The notes: a model not told the origin generated them from the sequence alone. Shown: positions 50,401 to 62,880, counted from the first letter of the stretch. The stretch: 64,000 nucleotides of DNA from Raillietiella orientalis (GCA_036172245.1 JAYWIR010000011.1:2294001-2358000), one strand, 5' to 3'. Numbers and translations are program-made.

Positions 50401-53400
50401 GACTCGAAGGACGAATTCATCATGTTCTGGATGATTATCTCGATGTCCTTTATCTGAGATCGGAATCTGCGCTCCGGGAATGAGAAAGCAGATGAGTGCG
50501 AGTCCGGAAGCTGCCGCATTTTACCTTCTGTATTCTTCTTGCCATCTCAGGTCGTTCACGTCCAAGGCGATGTCCTTGCTCATACTGAGTTCATGGATCG
50601 TTTTGGAAAACATGTCTTCGATATTTAGCAAGTCCAGGGCGAACTCCTTCCCTTTCACCCTGCCCAAGTCCGACAACTTGGGCTTCCCGGCACCTGGATT
50701 CCTAAAGCCCACGAGCACTTTAGTGGCAGCTACGAGTTCTTGTGAGACATTCTGCATAAAAGTACGTCGAATGCAAAGAGCGGCCATCAGGAAAAGCGTG
50801 CCACCCTCTGTTCCGTGGAGTATGCCGAGCGGCCTTGGGGACGGTGCGCTGAACCACGCGCGAAACCCGAAACTGCGTCCTCGAAGGCACCGTCCGACCC
50901 ATCTCACGAAAGAACCTGCGTGTTCCTGAGCACATGCTCAAGACTTCTGGACAAAGTCGACCTTCAGGGTGCTCCATTACCTCGGAGATCGCGTTTTTCC
51001 GCAGTTACGTGGTCTAGCAGCTCGGGAAAAGCTGCGCGCGCGTCTTCCTTCTCAGGAAGGACTACCACATTTTGTTGCATTCATCCCTCCGGAGTGGTGC
51101 TTTCCCCGAAGGATGACTGCTCCCTGAATCGCGGCCCGCAATCTGCTTATCCGTGAGAACACACCGGCACGACTTCGATTGCAGGGAGGGAGCTGCGCAC
51201 CGAACTTCACTTTCAACACCTTTACGCGACCATGGGTTTGCTTTCAGCTACCTGTTGCCCATAACGAATCATTCCGACATGACCTCGAATTGTTGTTCGA
51301 ACTGCTCGATTGCACGGTCATCATCATTTTATCTTACATGCAACAACATACAACCTCATGATCATCCCAAGGAGAATGATTTTTGAACCGAATGGCGTCC
51401 TGACGAAAAGAAAGAGAGGGAAAAGGCAAAAGAAAATTTCCTTTGACGAACATTTGGAGAGGAGGCGAAGCAGCAGGCGGAAAGAATCCATCGTCATCTT
51501 GTGCCAAAAGTGAATGACAAGCGGACGAAACATCAAATCAAAGAAACACGGGTGGATAATCAGTGAGACGGTGATGCACAGCCACGGACAAGTCGAACTG
51601 GCACTGGCAGCTGTGGAGACCCATGTGGATCGCAACGGAAGAACCGGGGGGGAATGGGAAATCAGGAGGAATACTGTAAATTCGGTTCTACGCGGAGTAG
51701 ATATGGACAAATCACTAGCCGAATATCGAACAAGAATGAAATTAGTCTGAATTCTGAGTTCGCGTGCGACCACCCACGAGATCATGGCCACGAAGAATAA
51801 GGAAACCAAAAACCTCGATCCTTTCACTACCGAAGGGGTCAGTTGGAATGGAAAGGTCATGTATCTGAAAAATTGCTCTCCGGCTTGTTGAATGTCTCAA
51901 CAGGATTTCCAAGTGATTCCTGATAATTTCACGGATGGTTATAGAGAGCGCAAAAAAAAAGCTTGTTTGTCCTCATGTTGCCCGTTCCTTCGGAAGATCG
52001 TGCAAAAGCTTCGTCCCAGAGGAATTTCCAGTCAACGATGTGTGTGCGACTCGCTGGTACCAAGACCGGTCCTTAGACAGGGAGTGCAAGAATTCAAAAA
52101 AGTGAACCGGTAGTTGAACACAAAGGTGCTTCTATCAAGCTGTTACGAATGCACGTGCCAATCCTGGCACTGGTTTTCTTAAAGAGCAACAACGCCTGCA
52201 GCTTGACCCGTAGCATTCAAACCTGTGAAACTGATGCTGATAGTCGCAGACTTCGATCAGTTCGCTGCATCGATGAAGAAAGGCGTCAACATGAGCAAAG
52301 ATCTGTGTGTTGTCGAGGATCCACTCCTTTTCCGAAAACAAATTGTGCGTGACGGCCGTCTTCGAATTGGTTGCGTTACAATTTCAAAGAGGGTCAGCTT
52401 CATCCTCACCTCGGCATAAATCTTCTTCCAAAGAGCGCACACGTGTATGCAGTTCTGCAACACCGTTTTATTGGCGACATCGTATCCACCAAATATGCTG
52501 TCGATATCGATCTGGTTGCGGCACGCCTCGATGACTTCGAAGGAGAACTTTCTGATGCATCCCGTGATGAGTTCTCTGAAAGTAGGAGTCTGTGGGACCC
52601 TTGTAGTGCATCGGATGTGCACGGACAATCCTCCGGCTGAAAATCTGCAGATTGGAATTCCATGACGCGCCCGTATGCAACGCGATCCCTTCATTCGGAT
52701 TTCTGCAATCATCGCAACATGCAAAGCCGTTGCTCCCGTTTTCGTCGGACTGGTGAGTGTGGGAAAAATCAAAAACTAACTTTACTCGTGATTTGTCTGA
52801 AATCTCAGTATGCTGACTGCTTCTTTTCCCCACACGTTAACCGAACCGAGGTTTCTTCTACCCGTTAACACTCATCTCAATGAATCTTCGAATAACAAGG
52901 AAGTCTTGAAAAAGCAACCCACATCGGAGGATTCCATTCCTTCGCGTGCACAGGTCGCAAACTGAGCTCCCCGAGCACGTGCCCGTTTAGCCACGTAGGG
53001 CATGGAAATTCGGTTCATCGCGGAAAGGGGAATCCATCCTTGCAGAACTCGGTGAACCAGCGGCTCTTCCGTTAACGGAAACGTCAAATCCGAAGTGCAG
53101 CTGTGGAGCTCTCAGCCCAGCGCGCGAAAACTCCAGCAGTGCTTCACGATTCCACTGACAGCACACTCCACGGGTCAAAAGCAACGAAGAGCCCTCCACA
53201 CGGTGGCAGTCCGAAAGATAACCATTCGGAATCGCGTCTTTCTGTTTCTTTTCCCGACGAGAGACGTTTGCGCTTCCGACGAACGGGCCGGTGCCGGCTG
53301 TTGGTAAATTTCCTCACCTGGTATTATAGAAGGATGAGTTTACCCAGATTACTCTTATCAGATCCAGGACATTCTGCAGAAGGTCAGGTACCATTTCCAG

Positions 53401-56400
53401 TGAACACGAGCGCAGCTCCAGGCATGGCTCTTTAAGCAGAGAGAGGAAGTGATAATTGCTCTCCGAACGAACGGCAGATGCCTGAAATACGGAAATTTTC
53501 GTTCAGTCACGCTGAATCCCCGTGTGGATGAATGGGGGCCGCCGTTGCTCCATGCATTGTCCTGGAATCGCGGACATGAGAAACTCTTGTCCCTCTTCAA
53601 GCCGGGAGGTAAAGGGAACATATGGCTCGCAGCGATGACTTTGTACGACGTTTGAGGTTTGAAAACTCATCGGAAAACCACAAAAGTGGCAAGAAAATTG
53701 GATTAGCGCCCACGCTGCTGGATCGCGGGGGAACGAAGGAGAGCGCTTACCTTGATTTCTTCGGCTAACTTAGTGAACTGATGGATGTACGAGGATCGGG
53801 CTGTTCTTAAAGCATCCTGGATGCGAATGAGTTTCGGATCTTCGAACTGTTTGTTTATGCTGCAGAGGTTTTCATCTGGAAAATGTTCCGTTTCAAATTT
53901 TCAACTAAGAGCACAAGAGCACAGAAGCTCGCGGATGAAGAGGAGGAAGAAATGAATTCCTTCCGTCCTAAATCAAATTAGCATGCATTTGGTGATCACC
54001 TCCATCCCTTGGGTCACGATAGAAGCCTTTAATGAAAATGGTTATTCTGCGTGTGAGGATCCACCATGACCGACTCGACCGGCTACTTCCGGTCGAAGGA
54101 CCCGGTCATGAAGAATAGAAAAGTCAAAGGTTTCATGAACTGTTTGGTCCGTCCGGATGCGATTTACTGCATTCGGCTGCACAGCATCCAAAACCCAGTC
54201 CTCATGCGTGATCAGTTCTTGCTGCCATTATCAAGACATCCGGAAATCGCAGCCGACTTCAGTATTGCCTACTTCTCTTTACTGGTGCTGATTCAAGCAT
54301 AGCTTCGACTTCCTTCCTTCCGTTCTTCTTGCAACATGAGTGTGGCCGGGTGCGCCTGGTTGTTTTCCGACCATGAAATTTCCGGAGTCTTACGTTTCAC
54401 AAATTTCCTCAATCACAACCAAGGAGTTACACTGCCCCTTCCAGTCGTTTTTGTCTCCACGAAACCGATAAACTCTGCCCAGGGCTATCGTTGCATCATT
54501 CGTTCGGAGGGTCCGTGTGCAGATGGAACCAGAGTGCCGCGGTTTCAAGTCCCTTGAACGGCCGTGAAGAAGACCGCTCTCGGGACCGGCGGACCGTTCA
54601 GTGAACTACCGGAAGTAATAGGTTGCTTTCCGCTGGTGGGCGGTACAGAGTAATCCATGTTACAGGAATGCAAGAACTGCAAGCAAGCAGAGTAAAGTAA
54701 GACGAGATGTGGGCGTCCACCCTCCGTACCCACGACGAACGAGGATACGTGAGTCCGACGTGGCAACACATCCAACAAGCATCAAGATTACCCAGAGATG
54801 TAGGAGGACGAAAAGGTAGGGGGAGTTGATTGCCCTGTCGACGGGAGTGCTCAACCGGTTAGTTGTTACCTTGAGCTGCGCATGAAGCAAATGAGCTCGA
54901 TTGCTTCAGCTAAGGAGTGGGTCGCGACGACGTGGCAGCACCGGGGAAGCTAACCGAAAAAGGGAAATGCATACGGAGAGAAAGACGCCTCCGAAAGTGA
55001 AGGAAGATGCAACAGTCCTTCAGTCCTCGCGTGGTCCGGCCGTCAGCAGGGTCCATCGCTCTCAATGCACGGAGGTGTGCACGGAGGTACGGAGATATGC
55101 CCTTCCCCAGGACGTGTAGATGCATCTGCGAAAGAACACGCAGACCCCCAACCCGCTCAGAAAACGAGGGAGGGGAAGTGCAGCCAACACACAGGGATGC
55201 ACATCGTCGCCGCGCAATGTGTCCGCATGGCAAGGTGCACACACCTATGAGCCACGCCCCTGCACGCGCAATCAAGAGGCGAGATGGTGCCTTGCTAAGC
55301 ATTGGGGCGCACCGTGCCCAATGCTCAGCGGGAGCGTCGACAAAGAACTGCAGGGAAGGCACACGACGGAAGGCACTCGAAGAGTCGGGAAGCAGTCCGG
55401 GCAGGAGAGAATGGGTGCGATGTGGAGGAGCACAAGGAAGAGTGGAAGAAGGCGAGGCGCGAACAACGCAAAAGCGAAAATGGTGGGGAGGGAGGAAGTC
55501 TGGTCCCATCTGAAGAAGGATTGGTCCCGATTCAAGCGCGGTGGGAAAAACAACCTCCAAAATGGAGTCCAGGGAAGACAGGTCTTCCAGGAGACCCAAA
55601 GAGTCCATCCTCGTGAGAGAGTCGTCAATGAAGAAGCAAGGAGCGCTCTTCGGACCTTGGCCTGCACGCGAGAGTGTGCAATGAAGAAAGATGGGAACGA
55701 CAGGAATGACAGGAAGGAGCAGGAAATGAGCCAGCAGTCTTTGGAACTGAGGTGCAACATGCGCCTCGTGCACCTTTCAACCATGGTTGAGGCCATCCTC
55801 CACAAAGCGTGGTGGTCCAGAAGGCGAACGTCGCGTATCGGGGTCGCCTGTAGGTGGACAATTGGTAGGGACTAAGTGTAGGGGCTCCTTGAGAAGTGGA
55901 ACAAACACTGGCTGCAACATGGGAGGCGCTCTCTCACCGAACAGCTAGGGTAAAGGAACGCCCCACAGGACGTCGTCCAGAGCGAATATCGTAGCAGACT
56001 GCGTCATCCGGCGGAGGACGGCGTGAGAGCCTTCCGGCAGTGCTAAATGGAACGCTTCCGGAAAAGAGCGAGAGCTGGAGGAGGAAGTTTAGGAAAAGAC
56101 TCTGAACAGCCCCAACAGCGGATCCGATAACCAGAGTCTCCCCACACGCACTATCGACAGTCGGGGACAGTCAGGGATGTCCCTACCGAGCTACCGGGCC
56201 AGAACAAGACCGGTAAGGCCAGGACCGATCACCTCGATCCTGGACGACCAAGCTTCAGATGAACCGATCATTAAGGAACGTCCACAACGAGAATGCGCAG
56301 TGCCCACAGACTGGGAAGCCACCGTGCCGTGACAAAACAACATCCGGTGCGTCCGAGCTCGAGAAAGGATCCGTGCAAGCCGGAAGCACGCCGGCACTTA

Positions 56401-59400
56401 CGGGCGCGGTAAAAGCCTCCGACAGCATCGGTCACGCGACCGCAACCGAGACTGCATAGAGAATCTGCTGTCATGACGACGAACGCAACTCAGAACGCAA
56501 AATGCAACTCGATGGAGAACAATCGGAGAGCACATATTCGCGTGTGGAGAGGCATCGGACGAGAGGATGCCCGAACCTGACGCTGTTGTTTCGTCGCGCG
56601 ATATGGAGGCGGCGAGCACCGTGCACTAGGTGCACGTCGCCTCGAGCACCATCTCGTCTCCTTCTGAAGATGCCCGGAACACCAGCAGACTTTCTCACGA
56701 AGAACGGAGCGAATGCAAGGAGTGCAGTCGGTCCAGAGTCGGCTGGTCACCAAGCATCTTGAGATGTGGTGCGATCAACACCGGGAACCTGGTAGGCAGG
56801 GGGTCGCAAACCGAGGAAGCAGTAAGATCAAGAACAGAGCAATGGAAAAGCACTGGAAAAAGACCCATGAGGCAGAACAGTAAGAGTCGAAGAAGTATTT
56901 CTTTCCTCAACGGAAGGGACGAGCTCTGGAAGGTGGTTCCACTCTCGAAGATGCCGCGCACGAAGAAGCACCTGGAAAAGGACGAGCAAGGCACGCAAAG
57001 GAATATCAAGAGAAGTCTTAAGAGGAGACGCGAGATACCTCCACGTGCAGCCTGAAGGGATAGCAGGATGGCCTAGGAAGGAAGGTGCCTGCGGGATTCA
57101 CACAAACCCGAGATGTCAAAGATCCCTTGCGGTTAACCGATGAGTGGGGAGAATGGCATTACGAAGGTTAAAGGGGAATGAAACCGGGTGGCAAAACCAC
57201 TATGGAAACCCGTTTCTAGCCCTCGCGGCAATCCCAGAAGGATGGAAGATTCCAGACCGTACCGGGGAGCATCAGTAGAATCCGACGTGAAGTGACGAAA
57301 TCACGAGCAAGAAGTCACGGAAGGAAGAACGGGTGCAAGTAAGCACAAGCCCCACAGTCGGCGGCAGAGTGGCTGGCAGTCTAAGAGGAACAAGAGACGT
57401 TAGAGAAACGGCACCGGAAGACCCTGTACATCAGCTGGTACTTTACAGGAAAACCGAGAAGATCCAGGGGAAAACTCCATCACAAGGAAAGAGTGGTATT
57501 GTCCGTGCACAAGGTTGGAAAGAGTGGTGTCGTGGCACCGAGTAAACCAGCGGATCCAAATAAGGAAAGAACAAATCGGAGTGAGAACCACGTAGGAAGA
57601 AACTGCAAACAAAGCACCAAACAGTGCGAGCTCGACACCACAAGTGCAGAAGCCGGAACCACCAGGAGACGGTCTTTAGCTGTTCCGACATGAGCGAACT
57701 ATTTCATTGCGGTGCAAAACTGGTCTCTGGACTCAGAGCACGAATTCCTCGCGGCTCACCGTGAAGTGAGAACAGAAATGCACCTCAGTAAGGCAAATTG
57801 CGAGCACCCCACGGAAGGTGGCAGAAGAAATCCTAGAAGGACCTTTGGAAGGGCGAAAGGACGTTTCAAAATGCGATCCTGTGGTCTCCATCACGGAGAC
57901 ATTGACAAGAAGGAAGAGCACTTTCAGAGGGACGCAGCTCGAGGGGCACCTCTGAGGGAACGGAGAAGAGGGGAAACCGCCGTCACGAAGTGCGGAAACG
58001 TCCTTTCGTGGATGCGCGACACCTCTTCAGCAGACGAAAGACACGAAGAGGGTGCTGGCGCCAACACGGAGACCTTCCGGGGCAAGGCACAGACGAGCGC
58101 ACGCGTGTTCGGTTGCGAGCAGCGTTGCTGACAGTTTGCTGTAAACAGTGTGAATGTTTTGCGGGAAACAAAAACCAGCCCCGACGCATGCGCATCAGTG
58201 GACATCCAAAGATATGAACGCCGTTAATGAAAGCAGCGTTAATATCTACTACTAAATGACCCTCAAAGAACTGAACTCTCGAAGTATTTTTTGTGTCTCG
58301 ATTCTCAATGTGCTTAGAGGATATTTCAGTGTGGAAATGGTAATGAGGAAGAGGCGAAAGTGCATTTTATTTAATTAAAAAATAGGAGATCATTTAAGGT
58401 TTTCGTCTCATGAATTTTTTGCTACAAACTGAATTTTTTGCTTACTCCTCCCACTCTGACACAAAAAAAACCTTTAATAACAAATTTTCAGAGCGACCTT
58501 GACGCTTGAGATTTAGCAAGAAGCAGAAATTCTAAAAAAAAAAAAAATGTATGGTCATCGATCAGCAATCAGCAAGATTTTCGGGCTACTCCGTTTGGTC
58601 ATGGATTGACCGTATCAATAACTTCAGATGCAAACAACATGCAGTCGGGCAATGCCCATAATAAGCTCTCGCCACTGGCACAAGGATCCACATTTTGGCA
58701 ACTGTTTTTCAAGAGTTTTTCATTTACAGGAAAATTTGTGCCTGCACCTCTAAATGCTTTTTCCGGCTTTTGCGTCTATCCCAATGTCTTTCGCTCAGTT
58801 TTTAAACATCCATTCAAACTGGATTCTTCTCATGCAATGCCCAGAAATAGGGAATGCATTCCAATTGAATTTTGCATCTAGTCGTCTATAATCTAGAATC
58901 AAGAATTACTGAGGACATCTAGAAAATTGGTAGCGCCGATTCATGCCTTCAGATCTTTGTTAGCCTTTTCGAACATTATTCATTCCACACCTAATAGATT
59001 AGATCTCCATGTAATGCGATTCGATTCATACTGTTCTTTGCATCCTCGTGGCCTCTCATTTCTGTTAATCACTTTCAAATACGCAACCTTGCGCTGTATT
59101 CAAAAGGAGCAAAACGAAATTTGCAAAGTTTATTGCTTACTCTGAGACTTGAGATTCACATCCCAGGATCATAATACCTGCAAACTCGTAAAACACCGCA
59201 CGGAAGACTTGATTCCGAAAGCCAACGCCATGAAGCAGGACAGCAAAGTTATTCAAATTATATCCAACGTTTCATCTCCAGCTTCACATCATCTGCTTGG
59301 ACGGGCATTTCGAATCCGAAGAGATACTTTTTGTCCACTTCCAAAAAAAAGAAAGGTCAAAAACATTTACTTCCTTTTGAAAACTGCCTTCGGCGTTGAT

Positions 59401-61530
59401 GGTAATTTCGTGCTGACCATCAAACAGCCAAATCAGCTGATTGCAAAATTAATTTTACAAACGCAAACCATCGGCGTTTGCGCAAATCTTGAAAGTCTCT
59501 GTTCTTCGTGGTGGATTCCGTTTTGGATGAGCAATCGCAGAGCTCGTGGGATCTCGCTGACCGCTATCGGAACGTCGATTCGAAGGGTGATTCTCCATAT
59601 TTGATTTAAAACAAATGTTTGCATCCGTTTGCGTGAAGGAGCGCACACATCCAAGCGTTTCCGCATGAGTCGCACACTAAAGTTCCAAAAAAAGTCCCTA
59701 GATGGATGCACCGGCGCTTCTTCCATTCTTGCTCTTGAGGGAGCCGCTCCCCTTGCAAACTGCATCCAACCGTGCTGAGGTCCGTCGAGCTTGGAAAGTG
59801 TGCTTGCTGATCACCTCGGAGTCTCAAGTGGACCCCGATTCGTTTATGGATGCTGCAAATGTCGGCACAACACACGCGTTTTTTCCCTCTCTCTCAGTGG
59901 ATCCTATGCAGCAAATTTTGCACGCCATTTCAATAGTGACCCAGCGATCTATGTTTGTTGGGTCACCGCTCTATCTAAATCAATGAACCGGCAGATTCGA
60001 AACAAAGAAAAAAAAAAACAAAAAACGTGAAAGGGCAAACCGAGCCGACATGCAAATCGCGAGTTTCCGAAATCAATAGCGCAAGCAAATTTGCAGAAGG
60101 TGCCTCTCCTCGTGTTCCCGAATTTGGCTCACACGAAGACAAAAGAGAAAGCCAGAAGGAACATTCAACTGGGCGGTGAACTATGAATGGTGCTCTCGGA
60201 TGTTTGCGTGCACACAGACGCTGCGTCTTAGAGGAGATAAGACTTACGTCGCGCCTTCCAGAAAGAAATTTCGTCCAAGGGACTGTTATCGGTCATCTCA
60301 ATGGCATGATGAACATTCAGCACATCGCTCAGCTGCTTGATCCATTGGGAAACGGTCACTGCAAAGAGGAGAGAAGGGAAGATGGCAGTTAGATCTCTCG
60401 AAAAACGGTACGGCAACAAATCTCGAATCCAAACATGGAATGCAAAAATAACTGCGCAAGCACGCAAACAAACGTCAAATTTGGCAAAAAGCACAACAAA
60501 AAATATGGGCATCCTCGAATACCTTCTAATGTTTCCATCAAGCTTTTGTCTCCGATGAGATCTTCATCCAGGCTCGCAAACTGCTCCATCGGAATATAAA
60601 AGAAGGTTTCACTTTTTCTTTCCCCCAAAGAATCGCTCAAGGATCCAAGGAACTTGTGCATTTCTTCTATCAAGTGATACTTGACACCTGAACTCGCTAA
60701 GGAAGATCACCAGAATTTTCAAATGTGCTTCCGAAAGGTTTCGCGGGCCTTTTGCAGATCGAAGAGTGCACGGCATCCGTGTTAAAAAAAGAAAGAGAGG
60801 AAGGGAGAATTCGAATCTCTGTTAAGTGTCCGACAACAAGACGGTTCCAAACTTTGATTCCTCAAGATGGCAGCGCGCGAAAGGATACCTCGTGGCCACT
60901 CTTCGTTGAGGTAAATGAGGGGCATGCAGATTTTGTTCATGATGCGGAAGAGACTCTCGGGGTGATCCTCGGGCACCTGAGTAAAGTGGATGGCACTCGG
61001 AAAGTTCGCCAGAGTGATTCGCTCTTCCCGAGCGCGGGTCAAGCAAACGAAAGGCAGGTCTTCGTCGGTCTTGGGTCCGACATTGGAAAGCACGAACTTC
61101 CTGCTGCCTTCCTCGTCTGCGCCTTCATAAGCGAAAAGAAATTTTTCGGTCGGACTCTGGAGGAAACTCTGTATGCACGCATCCAGATCCTCGTCCCAGT
61201 TTTTCCAAAGCGAGTGCCAGCGAGGGAGGTAAATCAGCCTTTTGACTTTCTCGACCTGGACAAAGAAAGAGTCGGTGGTTTTGAAATGTCGGGAAAAGGT
61301 CGGGACAGGACATTGGAGATTCAGAATTGCGAATTCGAACCGTCGTGTTTGAACGCGCGATACCGCTCCGAAACATCGCCTTAATCAAGAATTCTTACTA
61401 GCAGCCTGGCTTCTTGCTCCGCAGACAAATCATCCCCGGCCGATGGATCTTCATCCTTCCCTCCTGGGGTGTCGCTGCCCGGCGAATCGCCTTCTTTGGT
61501 GTTCTCCGGATTGGCAAGCACCGTCATCAT
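8465..61530 (-). CDS. DNAH2: Axonemal inner-arm dynein heavy chain, DNAH2 / I1(f)-beta / kl-2 class; full length, about 78 coding exons
   Basis: Exons chain in phase, with no frameshift or stop that I could find. N-terminal tail: 61255-60889, 60687-60523, 60358-60248 (SPLDEISFW), 53875-53751 onward. Linker: [13 protein letters not shown] near 31950. Then AAA1 ([10 protein letters not shown] 27221-27244), AAA2 ([14 protein letters not shown]), AAA3 ([24 protein letters not shown]), AAA4, stalk/MTBD, AAA5 ([15 protein letters not shown]) and AAA6 (LGQGQ, LANCHL, FRLWLSS, YGGHVTD). The C-terminus [11 protein letters not shown]...[16 protein letters not shown] closely resembles the DNAH2 end. The start ATG (61530) is less certain: a CAG acceptor lies just upstream, so further 5' exons are possible. 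Confidence 0.93.
17693..18077 (-). other. Dynein stalk microtubule-binding domain (two exons)
   Basis: [34 protein letters not shown]...[11 protein letters not shown]...YDKDNI...[24 protein letters not shown] is a well-conserved DNAH2-type MTBD. Confidence 0.9.
26019..27299 (-). other. Dynein AAA1 core (Walker A/B, sensor-I region, sensor II) over four exons
   Basis: [84 protein letters not shown]. Confidence 0.9.
30269..30288. repeat. (CA)n microsatellite next to an A13 run in a dynein intron
   Basis: Direct reading of the sequence. Confidence 0.9.
32050..32654 (-). other. GC-AG intron in the dynein linker
   Basis: The donor AAAG|GCAAGC fits the AG|GCAAG pattern. The acceptor TTTCAG|GGTTC needs phase 1, giving KAQKG|FLLVL. 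The nearby GT (AAG|GTCAAG) is the wrong phase. Confidence 0.75.
39863..40048 (-). other. GC-AG intron in the dynein tail
   Basis: The exon ends ...GACAGCAAG|GCACGG and the next exon is TAG|GAGAGCTTT, giving LEDSK|ESFIRSL in phase 0. No nearby in-phase GT donor. Confidence 0.7.
41502..41528. repeat. (TG)n microsatellite in a dynein intron
   Basis: Uninterrupted TG run of about 27 nt. Confidence 0.9.
44571..44618. repeat. 14-bp perfect inverted repeat within an imperfect 22-nt tandem dimer (dynein intron)
   Basis: GTACTGTACAGCAC-ttgttaag-GTGCTGTACAGTAC; also CTGTACAGCACTTGTTAAGGTG / CTGTACAGTACTTGCTAAGGTA. Confidence 0.85.
54780..57450 (+). mobile_element. Heavily decayed BEL/Pao LTR-retrotransposon pol relic in the 6.4-kb dynein intron 53876-60247, antisense to the host
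   Basis: Degenerate motifs appear in the BEL/Pao order across frames: [20 protein letters not shown] (~PTKR..S..YDPLG..P), GVGRDD (~LGWDD), VDASAKEHA (~FSDASEKAY), IVAAQ (~LVMAKSRVAP), KWWGG..KKDWS (~LWW.GP..WP), ALRTLA, STVH*VHVA (~RAVHLEV), INTGNLVG (~DNGTNFVG), WKVVP...RNIKRSLKR (~WKF.P...RSIKRSLK), PVHQLVL (~RPIHKLVL). Stops and frameshifts throughout; no LTRs found. Confidence 0.55.
59520..59830 (+). mobile_element. Decayed non-LTR (RTE-like) reverse transcriptase fragment in the same dynein intron
   Basis: [31 protein letters not shown]...RFRMSRT resembles NYRGISL....K...RVIL.R....LRE.Q.GFR..RS. It is followed by WKV / HLGV (~LWK.L..YGI). Contains stops and frameshifts. Confidence 0.45.
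60688..60888 (-). other. Probable U12-type (minor spliceosome) GT-AG intron in the dynein gene
   Basis: The donor GTATCCTTT matches the U12 consensus RTATCCTT. The 3' end reads TTCCTTAGC-GAGTTCAG, a U12-like branch site (consensus TTCCTTRAC) close to the AG with no separate pyrimidine tract. Flanking exons join in frame (WPRG|VKYHL). Confidence 0.75.
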
Positions 61531-62045
61531 CAAGGTAACCTGGACGTGTCGCTTGCGCAGGAGAATGGCATGCGGGAAAAAACGGTCCCTGCTACGAAAA
61601 AACCTCAAAGACAAAAGAGACGCACCCCTCAGAATGGCATGCACAAAAAGAAAGGGAAAAAAAGAGGAGAAAAAAAAAACAGCAACGTCGACACGTCTTG
61701 CAGCTCGCTTCGACGTTCTTCGGAGCCTTTGTGAACGGAAACCGCCGCGGCGCCACAACTTTCGCGCACTTCCCGCTGGCGCTCTCGAGGACTCCCGCGT
61801 TCCCGCCGGCCGGCCTTCCCCCTCCCTCACGAGGAGGACCCGGGATCACTCGCGGGCTTTCGCACCTTTCGCAGCGCGTTCGCCTTCTTTCCCCGAACAC
61901 TCGCGAAATCGACATTCGGTTCCCACGACGACGGGCCTAAGTCACTGCTGCCCTGTCCCGTGAGCCGCTTGATCGATATCGCTCCGCGCAACCCGCACGT
62001 GTGCACGGACGGCAAATCGCGGGTTTCCAGGGCCGAGGCGCACGG

Positions 62046-62110
62046 GCGCGCTGGAAAGGGTGGGCGAAAAGGGAGCGCGCTGGAAAGGGTGGACGGAAAG
62101 GGGGGCGCGC
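62046..62110. repeat. About 30-nt G-rich tandem repeat, about 2.2 copies, upstream of the dynein start
   Basis: GCGCGCTGGAAAGGGTGGGCGAAAAGGGA / GCGCGCTGGAAAGGGTGGACGGAAAGGGGG / GCGCGC. Confidence 0.85.
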
Positions 62111-62740
62111 TTCTCCTCCCATGGAGCGCAGAGCAGGACGGGCGCGCGAGAAAAAAAAAGAATCCAGCGTGGCAAAGGCTAGCAGTTGCGCTGCGATGGG
62201 CAGGAATTACCCGGAAGAACCACGTGGACCGCAGGTGACAACCACGTGAATCGGCGGTCTCTGGTTCATCCTCACCCAAAGTCCTGAAAAGATACCCCTC
62301 ACCGGTTTCTCCACTATCTGGAAAGCATTCGAGGAAGATTCCCCAAAAAGGATTTCGTGACCGTCACCGTTCTAACGGAGGTGCCGCGTTGCGCTGATAG
62401 AACTTTTCCTGGTGGGACCAATTTTGCAATGTCCACGCTGAAGTGGGCACTGGAGATCGACGGAGGAAGGATCCCCATTCCTCCCGAGTGTGAAGGGAAA
62501 AAAAAAAAAAAAAAAACGCCCTTCTTGCTAAAGAAAACAAATTATTTCCGAGCTCATTCGAAATTCTCAAAATTCCAAACTCGAAATGCCCCTCAGAAAC
62601 AGCGACGACCGAGGGACAGTCGAAGCGCGTTATTTACCTCTGAGCAGCTTCCATTTGTCTTTCTCGGTTCCAAAGTTCACATGAAAAGGCACCGAAGGAA
62701 ACGAAGAGGATCTAACAAGCGTTGATGTCATTCTTGTATG

Positions 62741-62880
62741 CTATTCTAACAGTCTGTCTTTGAATTTCATGAATCCTCGATCCGTTTCAAAGGTGAACGT
62801 GCATCCGTTCTCGCAGGAAGAAACAGGAAGTACCATGAGCTCGCACTCTATCGGCTTGCCATACATCTCCCTGAGCAAAC
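62741..62880 (-). mobile_element. Possible decayed hAT transposase C-terminal dimerisation-domain relic upstream of the dynein start
   Basis: LLREMYGKPIECELMVLPVSSCENGCTFTFETDRGFMKFKDRLLE* resembles the hAT motif L.LPVSS...ER.FS......K..R.RL. No terminal inverted repeats identified. Confidence 0.35.
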
